DNA of 41,722 nucleotides from NCBI GenBank assembly GCA_002269645.1, contig NIVC01004571.1, positions 1-41,722 of the forward strand, read 5' to 3'. Below, piece by piece: positions 12,654-23,242 of this stretch. This DNA is from Macrostomum lignano (lineage: Eukaryota). The notes below the pieces were generated by a model, which saw only the letters and a program-made list of their open reading frames with translations, was not told where the DNA came from and searched no databases. The position numbers and the translations under genes are program-made. The number at the start of each line of letters is the position of its first letter. The first letter of the stretch is position 1.

Positions 12654-13143
12654 TAAGTCGCACCGAGGGCGAGCTAAGTCGCACCGAGGGCAAGCTAAGT
12701 CGCAGCAGGACCGAGCTAAGTCGCATCGAGGGCGAACTAAGTCGCACCGAGCGAGAGCTAAGTCGCACTAAGGGCGAGCTAAGTCGCACCGAGGGCAAAA
12801 TAAGTCGCACCGAGCGAGAGCTAAGTCGCACTAAGTCGCAGCAGGACCGAGCTAAGTCGCACCGAGGGCGAGCTAAGTCGCAGCAGGACCGAGCTAAGTC
12901 GCACCGAGGGCGAGCTAAGTCGCAGCAGGACCGAGCTAAGTCGCACCGAGGGCGAACTAAGTCGCACCGAGCGAGAGCTAAGTCGCACTAAGTCGCAGCA
13001 GGACCAAGCTAAGTCGCACCGAGGGCGAGCTAAGTCGCACCGAGCGAGAGCTAAGTCGCACCGAGGGCGAGCTAAGTCGCAGCAGGACCGAGTAAGTCGC
13101 AGCAGGGCCGAGGTAAGTCGCAGCAGGACTGAGTTAAGTCGCA
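12654..13143. repeat. hAT subterminal array (about 21-bp units with core TAAGTCGCA), probable transposase-binding sites
   Basis: More than 20 copies of CTAAGTCGCA(CCGAGGGCGAG/GCAGGACCGAG). The core AAGTCGCA/AAGTTGCA also recurs in the other end and in the MITE. The binding-site role is inferred from general hAT architecture. Confidence 0.8.
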
Positions 13144-13493
13144 GAGCATCTTTAGGATTATTAGGTTAGGATTAGTTTAGGATGAATTTAATGTATCACT
13201 TACTAGGGTGTAGGCTACGTGTGCATTAACGCATCAATTTGAAAAATTAAGAATTACGAAGCCAGAAATGGCTAAGGAATAGAAATAGGGATAGAATAAC
13301 TTATAAGCAGTAATTTTTCAGCCCTATTACAATTGCAAATCATACTTTTAATAATATTTAATTAGCAAATTAAAACTGCAAGATTCTAACGGTCTTATAT
13401 ATGAACTTAGAAGAACTGTAGTCTTAATGATTATGCATGTACCATTGTAATAATTGATTAAAATTGTAGCAGATTAAAACTGATAAAAAACTT

Positions 13494-16113
13494 TTAAAAT
13501 AGTCCACTTAGCAAATCAGAATCAGAATCTTTATTTTCCTCGTCTACGTTGGATTCTTTTTGCCGTTGACCTCCAGGAGCATCAGAACGCCAGTGTTTTT
13601 TCAGCCAATCATTGACATAAATATCCGGCTTAAATTTCATCAGCGGAGGCCCATTTATTCGAATCCGTAGTAGATGCTCCAATGTTTTTGGTGCCAAGCG
13701 TGTTCTCCTGTCATAGGCAATGTGCTTATAGATAGAAAACCCTCTTTTAGCCTCAGCTGATGATATTGGCAAAGTTAACACAACCATAATTAGATTCTTT
13801 ATTCTGGGCAGCCATTCAACAGTTCTTGTCTCTAGAAAGTGACTCCAAAATTTCACCGGACCTTTGCCTTTGTAGGCACAGAAGTCAACACTATGCGAAG
13901 TGATCAAACTTTTTAGGAGTAGACCGAACTGACCAGAGATTGTCCTTTCTGTAGCGCGTTCTGAAGCATCTGCATCTCTAGAGTCTGAATCAGAAAGATG
14001 GTCCTCTGTTTCAGATTCAGAGCTGTCATCTTCCATTCCAAACCGTCTAGCAAGAGGTATGATTCTCGAACTGTATGTAAAGACAGTATGTAATGTTTCA
14101 GCATTAGGCAATAACACTGGGTTGAGCACATTAAATATTGAGTAGTCATCCTCAGGAAAATAATTACGCAGCTGATCAATTATGCTATCAATGATTCGAC
14201 TGCGAATCTCATCCAGTGCTGGATAAGCTCCCATGTCAACAACACTGCCACGTCCACTAGCATCAAATAATCTATTTCTTAGAGATCTGTCTGCAGCAGA
14301 ACCTGGTTGCTTCAACTCAAACCTCTCTGTTGGATCGCTGCTTCCAGGGCCGGAAGGACAAGCAAAGTTAGAATAAGATAGGTCTCTTGTGTGACATCCT
14401 GAATGGTATTCCAGCTGCGGATATCCATCTGCAGTTCCCAAAACTCGACGACACTTGCAGGAAGCCAAAAAGTCCACAATGCGAGGACCATTGTTCGTTT
14501 TTAAGGTTTCTAGTGAATGGATAAGGTTAGTTTGGCGTTCTTGCAAGCCAATAAATGTACCCTTGGCTCTTTGAAACTGCAAGGACTCAAATTCCAGTAA
14601 TTTTAGAATGTCCATGAGAAATAGATATAATGAATAATACCGGACATTTTGCAATGTTTTCAATAATCCAGAGGCAGTTGCTTTACTTTTGTCATCAAAG
14701 CCTGAGGAAGGTGATTTGATATTTTCTAAATTTGTCAGAAGCAAGTAGTATGACTTTCGAATCACATCAAGAGCAGACACTTCCGATGCAACCCACCTGA
14801 TACGATATATTCTTTTTAATTCATAGAAAACCAAGTTGAGTGCTTCCGAAGTTTGTGCCAAAGATGCCTTACGTTTAACAGCGTGGCTCATATAAAATTT
14901 GTGTAGAGAATTTATATTCTTATCGAGATGTTGCATAAATGGGAAGATTTCAAAGGCATGATAGATTGAAAGTTCTAACTTATGCGCTGCACAATGGTGC
15001 TGAAAAAATTGTTTGCTAGCCCAAGGCCTCAGTTGACTTATTAATCCCACTCGACTTCCTGTCATTACGGATGCACCATCAGTTGTCACCCCCCATAGCC
15101 TTCGTTTGATTTCATCTTCTAGCTTGTCATCCGAAAATAAACGGATGAGAAGTTCATAAATGCTTCGTCCAGTCTCTACTTCAGTCAGACGTTTAAACCG
15201 ATAAAAAAACATCAAAGGTTGGCTGTTTTCAAGAACTCTGAAGTATATCATGACGTAGCTGTTTGAATGAATATCAGACGTTGTATCTAGTACAATAGAA
15301 ATCGGAAGGTTGTCAGCACTTTTAATGTAATTCACAAATGTCCGATGCATTGTATTACTGATTGATTCCACCATTGCTGCGGCACTTTTGCGATGCTTAT
15401 GATGGCTCCCCATATCCAACCCATTTTTTACTTGTAAATCAATCATATTTGGATGAGCACTGAATGGAATATTAGATTTGACTTCGGCGAAAAAACTGTT
15501 GTCAAAACTCGGGCTGTTATTTCATCTCGTTTAGTTTTAGCTAGTCTAGCGGCCTCATTCATCTGTTTGAGTTGCTTTGCAAGAACTGAAGTATGTTTTT
15601 CCTTCATCCACTTTATGGCGTCACTGTGAAGTGTATTTGATGAATGTTCCTGTAGTTTTCTTTGTACGCTATCTTTTGCATGACCTTTGGGAATGTAGCC
15701 TTGTTCTGTTGCAAAAGTTAACTTACGTTGGCTCTCTAGATTTGTCTCCTTTTTCTTATGTGCATTCAAAAATTTTCTGCAGATCCGACATTGTATTCCA
15801 GATCTTGATAGATCTTCGGTGTTTTGAACATATTGAAACCATGTCTTCATTTCTTGTGACACAAATTTTCTTGAAAATGATCTGCAATGGTCAAATTAGA
15901 GAATATTTTGGGATTTGGACTATTTGTGAGTATCTAAAAGCAATATGCTAATAAGTGCAATACACAATACACTATACATTAATTTACAGTTCGTCAGTTT
16001 CCATTTACTTACTGTGACTGGTGCATCTCCAAAGAATGTAACCACTCCTCTCGAAAACCAGATGTATCCTCCCAGTCCTTTTTAGGGAAAACTTCAATAT
16101 TTTCGCCCATCAT
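13494..16113 (-). pseudogene. hAT transposase (TTF-type Zn finger + DDE/RNase H fold + C-terminal dimerisation region), disabled
   Basis: Motifs W..C..C...H..H (TTF-like), IVLDTTSD, TTDGASVMTG, HCAAHKL, RWVAS, PISSAEAKRGFS (catalytic E replaced by K, codon 13746-13748). Frameshift in the A6 run at 15490-15495. In-frame intron 15882-16012 (CA|GTAAGT...TTGCAG|A). Possible start ATGATG at 16113. Confidence 0.9.
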
Positions 16114-16311
16114 AGAGGAAGACGAGGGCTTTGATGCTGAAGTGGCTAGACATGCGTCTGCAGATGTGCTTATGCATGGTATTTTTCTTTGCGATGGCCC
16201 TGCTTCTGCAGTATTTACTTGTACTATTTCAACATCACCTGAACCCCTTGAGTCGCTCGAATCTTAATCAACAATAGGACTTTGGCAAAGTGATCGTTTC
16301 GTTGATTGTCT

Positions 16312-17600
16312 TTAAACATTTACTTGCCTAATAATTTCCACTTGTAGTTTGCTTGTTTGCTGGTCATTCTCCAACAACTCTCTTCTTTCCTGTACATTTG
16401 CAGCAGAGCAAAAATTAGAAGTTTCTGCAGCAGCAGTTTGAACAGCATGATCTCGATTAGCTGCTATTTGCTCTGAAAATTCATAGGACCTGGCCAATTC
16501 ACTACGGTGTGAGCTTTCAGAACATGGAGCTGGAGCAGGAGCTAGTCGCATTTTGATTCTTTCTGTTGCTGATGAAGCAGATGCTAATGCTGAGTCTGCC
16601 AATGTACATGCTTCTCTTGAAGGTGTATTTATGATGGCTTCAATATTGTCCTCTAAAATCCAATGAGCACCTGAGCAGTCATTTTATCTACCTGGAGTCA
16701 ACTGTCCAAGTTTCCACCTTGTAAAAAGCAAAGGCTTTCGTAACTCACTGCTGGATTCAGGGCACCGGTTTATTGAATAGTCCTCATGACCAAGTTCATC
16801 CCATTCTCTTGCTGGCTTTAAGATGTAGTTGGGCTTGTCTCTTAGCCTACGATAAATGGACTCAAAAATGTGCACCTGTTATTGTTCCTAATAATTTCAG
16901 CTAATGAGTTATCAATGATAATTTTATCTTCATAAACAGGTCTTCTTTGTGTTGCATGCATTTTAGCTAGTCGCAGTTTTCCAATGCTACTGGCAGTTGT
17001 GGAACTTGAACTGTCCGATTCTGATCTAGAAAAGTCTCGTTGATACAAGAGAATAATGGCCATAGCACTTTTACCATTCCCATTCTTTAATGCATTTGGT
17101 TCTGTTGGAATTGTCTTACTAGCAGACTTGAAAAAATCAATGATGGATGACTGCGATGATCTACTAGGAGCGGAACTTGGCAGCCCATGTCTAGTTTTTC
17201 CCTGATACCCAATAGATGTATCGGTAAAAAACATATCTGCTGCTTCCTGCTTCCCTTTTGATGCAATAACAAAGAAACTGCTGTCCGTTTTGAAGCCCGA
17301 GGACCGATAGAAGTCAGCAGAAAATGAAACCACAGGTCGTCTAAAATCGCCGCTATATTCTTGAACTCCAATCAGAAGAAAATCATGGAGTCTCACTGGC
17401 ACTGATCCTAATAGCATTGCAGTTGTAGAACAAACTTTCTTTAGCTCAATGAACTCTGAAAATTCTTGAGATCCAATATTAGGCTCATCAGTATTTAACT
17501 CATTTATAACAATTGAGCACTCACTCTCAGCTAGAATACCATTGATAGCTAGGATGCCACTTAGAATCAGTAGGCAAAGACAACTAAGGCTGTACATCAT
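16312..17600 (-). pseudogene. Signal peptide + LTD (lamin-tail)-like module carried by the hAT element, in frame with the transposase; disabled
   Basis: ATG 17600: MMYSLSCLCLLILSGILAINGILA-ESECSIVINELNTDEPNIGSQEFSEFIELK... Restoring one base in the A5 run at 16864-16868 continues the frame to EDYSINRCP...WKLGQLTPGR*NDCSGAHWILE (TAA 16684-16686). The domain call is from motif recall and needs an HMM check. Confidence 0.65.
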
Positions 17601-18907
17601 TCTGTGAAAGATTAAGTCGAGTATATGATTTTGGTGATAAAATAAAATTGATTTATGAGTATTACTATATAAATAAAACATTTAAAAGCCCTTACCTTTA
17701 CCAATTCATGTACAGAAAGTAAGTGTAAATACAACCAATTGCCTTGGTAGTTTAGTTATATGCTCGTATCAGATGCAGGCAGACAGCATAGGCTGCCAAG
17801 GTGCTATAAGTTAAGGTTAACTTTCACTATTTGGCTTTACAGACTGCTTTTATCGCTGCATGCATTGACTTAGCCTTAGCTTGTGCCATCATACTCATAC
17901 AGCTATATATACATATGTATCTCTGCCACTCCCCACTTTTGCAACCTTACACTGTACAATCATGCCTAAAACACTCCGTGTCAAGTGTACTGTTCTAGTG
18001 CCACATGGGGTACAAATACGATAAGGAATGACAAGAGTCAAAACCATACATGCACAATAGTTGGCCAATATGGACGACTGATTTGGCGGCCAACCAAGGT
18101 AAGTTGCAAAAATGCCCACCCAAATAAATACCAAAGTAGTATTAAGTAGCTGACGAAGCATTTTGCCTTAATAAAGACAGTCATAGTTACTCCTGCCGTT
18201 TACCCAAAGTTGCGTTAATTTTGCTTTCAGGTTTTTTCATGTAAGTTGCATTTTTGGCCGAAAACTACGTTGCATTTTTGTTAAAACTAAGTCGCACGGC
18301 CGACCAAATTTTGGAGGTTGCGCATGTATGCACACAAAGACGCTTCACAAGCTGAGATATTCCCTAGCAAATGTTTTTACGACATTTTGATAAGGACGCA
18401 CTTTTTCCCAAATCCCGCGCTAGCACATGGGCTCTAAACTTACTAGCCTACTGACAGCCTAGGCTAAGGGCATTTTTATACTCTTTTATCTTTTATCGAG
18501 ATAGCAAATTTGTCGAACGACTACCAGAATAAAGTAAGACCTGACTCTCAAAATGGCAAAGAAAGTTTGCGACTAAATTATGACTGGAGAGTATCAGGTA
18601 TCACTTTAAGAAATTGATCTGCCTACCGCAGAAGCAAATGAGTCCCAAACCGATTCGCAATTGACAACTCCGACAAGGGTAAGCGAAATCGCCCACCGAA
18701 CAACTGCAGAACGTGCAAACACCAAAGACAGGCGCCAAACGTCGGAAAAGTGATCACTTTGCTAAACAGTGCACATTAGTAAAATCGAACAGAATTAATG
18801 TTATCGACTCAGACGATGGGGTAATCCCGTCAGCAACTGAGAATCAAACTACAGAAAATAAGCATCAAAACATTTCGTGCAACGAAACATAAAACACCCC
18901 ATAAATA

Positions 18908-20112
18908 TCACGTCAGACTTGATCCGACTGCTATTGAGACAGATTTCACGCGGTTGGTAGCTGTTGTTACAATAGAGTACAGGAATACGCATCCGATATA
19001 ATCCGCTTTTTTAATTATCGATCCGGTGGCGTTAATATGAAGAACATTAAGCTCATTTTCCTGTATTAGGTCGATTAAATATTGCAGTTGGTAACCAGAG
19101 TACAAAACGACACGCAGGGGATCAGCGCAGCGCTCTCTAACTATTCCCGGCAAGTACTTGTGTGGGTATTCTTCTTGTAGAGCAGTCTGCATAATGAGTA
19201 ATTCCATATTAACGTCCTTATGTAGTAATTTCGCCTCATTTACCTTTTTGGCTATTTTTTACATTACAAATTTCGATTTGCATGAGTCAAAGTTTTTGCT
19301 CAAGACGTGACGCATGTGCTGATCTTCATTGGACAGCTTTCGATGCGCTCCAGACGCCCCATGCTCTGCGACAAGTTTTGTGAAATTTTCTTCCTCATCC
19401 TCTGTTATTCTTCTAAAAGTTGATGATTCGGCTTTCGAGTGGTCAAAGAGACCTCGTCCAATGACGTGCCACTCCCAGCGTTCTTGCGATTGGGGTTCTT
19501 CCTTCATTACAAAAGTAAGTTCTCTCTTGCACCCCTGCATCTTGCACGCAGCCCTTACTGTCCAGAAATTCGTAGATTTTTTTCTAGATTCAACCGCACT
19601 AATATGACAGTAACCCCTCATGCGCAGGCAACAAGACGATACAGATCTCAATGATTTGCAGAGAGCTTCATTTAGTGCTGGCTTCGAAAAAACATACTTG
19701 GAATTATTGATTCGTAAATTAATCTTCCTTATAGCGTTAATCGATATTGTCACTGTCGCTGTCACTTCATTCCTTGAGGAGCAGTCCATAACAAGTTGCC
19801 CTTCAGGAGTCCCTTCAAGAGTCCCTTCAGGAGTCCTTCAGGAGTCCCTTCAGGAGTCCCTTCAGGAGTCCCTTCAGGACTTCCGGCTCTCTCATTGTTG
19901 GTCGCCTGGCCAGCTGCTGGCTGGGCTTCAGCATGGCCACTGGTTGGCTGATATTCAGTGGAGCTATGAGGTCTAAAAGAATTGCTGTTCTGTTGGAAAC
20001 AAGACTCATCTTCATGAGGAGGTTGTCCGGGCAAACATCGGGTACTACATGTAGATGTGGCTTTCCGAAGCCAATTCCACATAGTCATACGATTTCTTAA
20101 GTTATTTCTCAT
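18908..20112 (-). pseudogene. MULE (NOF-like) transposase remnant of the Foldback element
   Basis: Zn-finger-like FWTVRAACKMQGC...WHVIGRGLFDH. After an in-frame TAA (19259-19261) it reads KIAKKVNE...PGIVRERCADPLRVVLYSGYQL...VLHINATGSIIKK...FLYSIV, where the MULE first-Asp motif D-A-T-G is N-A-T-G (codon 19031-19033). Frameshift in a 12-bp PEGT repeat (about 19835); C-terminus missing. Confidence 0.75.
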
Positions 20113-20284
20113 TCCCAGTCGCGAGCATAAAAACGAGAAAATAGGATCTCGATTTCGGTAATCTTTAGGAATAGAGTGCGCCTTCCTTGCCCGAGAGACG
20201 GCATCGTCAATCTAGGAAGTAAGTCAACAGTAGTAAGCCATAATTTAGCACTCCAAATTACATTGCAAAATCTACATGTACATA

Positions 20285-20683
20285 CAAGGACCACTGTAGA
20301 AAAAGGACTCGACACTCACAAACCACGTAAAAATTTTTGAAGGCTGATTTTCAGTTTGATGCTGCCTCTTCAGATACAGACATTAAGATGATTTTTTGAC
20401 TACATTAGCAGCTGAATTTTTAAAGAACATTGGCCATTGGCTGACCTTACCACCCAGTTTAGTGATGCTTGCCACTTACAAAGATTTTTGTACTGTCCTC
20501 TGACTGCACAACATGCATCAAAAATGAGCAGAGCAATAAGCATGAATAAAGCACAAATTTATGTGGTTGCACAAAAATGGCGCACTGGTAGTCAGACACG
20601 AAGCCTGTGGAAAATCAGCCTTCAAAATTTTTTCCGTAGTTTGTGAGTGCCGAGTCCTTCTTCTCGCACTACAGTGGTCCTTG
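20285..20683. repeat. Imperfect approximately 70-bp inverted repeat (20285-20352 / 20610-20683)
   Basis: CAAGGACCACTGTAG..AAGGACTCGACACTCACAAACCACGTAAAAATTTTTGAAGGCTGATTTTC versus the reverse complement of 20610-20683; no TSD seen. Confidence 0.8.
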
Positions 20684-21186
20684 CCTATATAGCCATTCGT
20701 AGACGTCAGTCTCTCACAAAGCCAAAAAAAATGCTTACTTCTTCCTTGGTAGGGAAACTCATTGAGATGGTGACCAGGAACAAAGCCAAAATGCATATTG
20801 ACAACCTCATGCCGAAAAAAAGCTGTCAGATGAATTAAGTACCAAAATATGCTAGTGCTTATTGTACTCTTGCCAATATAAGATAGAGATATTGTAGTCA
20901 GCAGAGACAATTCATCCATATTGTCAAAATGAGCTTGTTAGTGAGAAAGATTATATACCAAAACAGGGTGCAAGCATATTCTGTGTTAGGCCTCTTGCGT
21001 AATGTACATGGCAAAATGACAACGAATGTACATAAAGAAAAAATGCCTCCTGTACAGTGTTAATATTGCTGATAGATCTGCCTAAAGTAAAGTGCTTCAG
21101 ATCGGTAGAAGGCAAATACAAGTATAACGTACATTCCATGCCGGTGTCCAAATGCAAGTTAGATATGAGCATGCCTTCAGGCAACC

Positions 21187-22195
21187 GTTGCTAGGGAATA
21201 TCTCAGCTTGTGAAGTGTCTTTGTGTGTGTCTGAGGTGTCTTTTTAAAGCAGAGACATGCGTAAAACAGCTGTGCAAATTTCATGCAGAAAGACCAAAGT
21301 GGGACGATGTAGCGGCTTCTCAAAAAACTACTATATACAGTATTCGGTATATTGGGAAACGTCGTAACAACAGTTGCTAGGGAATATCTCAGCTTGTGAA
21401 GCGTCTTTGTGTGTGTCTGAGGTGTCTTTTTAAAGCAGAGACATGCGTAAAACAGCTGTGCAAATTTCATGCAGAAAGACCAAAGTGGGACGATGTAGCG
21501 GCTTCTCAAAAACTACTATATACAGTATTCGGTATATTAGGAAACGTCGTAACAACAGTTGCTAGGGAATATCTCAGCTTGTGAAGCGTCTTTGTGTGTG
21601 TCTGAGGTGTCTTTTTAAAGCAGAGACATGCGTAAAACAGCTGTGCAAATTTCATGCAGAAAGACCAAAGTGGGACGATGTAGCGGCTTCTCAAAAAACT
21701 ACTATATACAGTATTCGGTATATTGGGAAACGTCGTAACAACAGTTGCTAGGGAATATCTCAGCTTGTGAAGCGTCTTTGTGTGTGTCTGAGGTGTCTTT
21801 TTAAAGCAGAGACATGCGTAAAACAGCTGTGCAAATTTCATGCAGAAAGACCAAAGTGGGACAATGTAGCGGCTTCTCAAAAAACTACTATATACAGTAT
21901 TCGGTATATTGGGAAACGTCGTAACAACAGTTGCTAGGGAATATCTCAGCTTGTGAAGCGTCTTTGTGTGTGTCTGAGGTGTCTTTTTAAAGCAGAGACA
22001 TGCGTAAAACAGCTGTGCAAATTTCATGCAGAAAGACCAAAGTGGGACGATGTAGCGGCTTCTCAAAAAACTACTATATACAGTATTCGGTATATTGGGA
22101 AACGTCGTAACAACAGTTGCTAGGGAATATCTCAGCTTGTGAAGCGTCTTTGTGTGTGTCTGAGGTGTCTTTTTAAAGCAGAGACATGCGTAAAA
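21187..22195 (-). repeat. 186-bp tandem array, right (inverted) arm of the Foldback element
   Basis: Reverse-complement unit starts at 22195, 22009, 21823, 21637, 21452 (185-bp unit), 21266; about 5.4 units. Confidence 0.95.
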
Positions 22196-22879
22196 GTTTC
22201 TATAAATTCACAGTATCTTGCGTAATAAATAGACAATTTTGTTAAACATTTAATGAACAATTTCTGAATGTCTGTCTGAATGTCTGTCGGGAAACCAATA
22301 CATGTGTATGTGTTGCCAATAGAAATGGCTAGATGAATCCCTAGGTTGCATTGTGCCCAAGCATATAAGCCCTAATATAATATAGTTTAATATAGTGATG
22401 GATCTAAATAAAAGTCTCACCTTTTTAGAAATCCGAATATTTTGGATTTGGAAATTTTATTTTCTGAATTTCCAAATGTGTTTCTGAATATGAAAAAATC
22501 AAAAAACCTAAAAAAATTATGCTAATGTAAAAGAAATACAACTTTTAAAAAGAAAATCAATTAAAAAACAAGAACACAAAATTTAACATAATGTTGTTCA
22601 TTTTTATAATTGTCTGTTTTTGCAGTATCTACATTTGGTCTATCACTAGTTTAGTATGATTTCTGTAATCTTATAATAGGCCTAGATAATTAAAATCATA
22701 TAAATTATAAGCAAGAATTGTGCTTAGCCAATACAAAATTATATTGAAATAAAATCATGCTTCTAGTATTAAAAACTACCTATAAAATTTAAAAACATCT
22801 TTTTAAATAAACTAAGACTAAGTTAAGTAGCAAACTTGTATAAAATAACAATTAAACCTCGAATAAAATACATAGCCTA

Positions 22880-23242
<363 letters not shown>

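Larger units (their letters stand above)
12436..18330 (-). mobile_element. hAT DNA transposon, 5895 bp, inserted in the left 186-bp array
   Basis: TIR CATACATGCGCAAC at 12436 and GTTGCGCATGTATG ending 18330; perfect 8-bp TSD CACACAAA (12428-12435, 18331-18338); the satellite unit resumes exactly after the TSD; encodes a hAT transposase. Confidence 0.95.
11537..22303 (-). mobile_element. Foldback (FB-NOF-like) MULE-superfamily transposon, 10.8 kb including a nested hAT; non-autonomous
   Basis: Identical 108-bp terminal inverted segments (ATGTATTGGTTTCCCGACAG...; 11537-11644 / 22196-22303), followed by inverted 186-bp tandem arrays. 9-bp TSD GTGTGTGTG (11528-11536) / GTGTATGTG (22304-22312), 8/9. 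Internal MULE-type transposase remnant. Confidence 0.85.

Noticed and set aside
11774-22066. Repeated 62-aa ORFs (MRSHYIVPLWSF...) at 11774-12514 and 21177-22066
   Set aside because: Translation of the 186-bp satellite with TTG starts; no protein motif.
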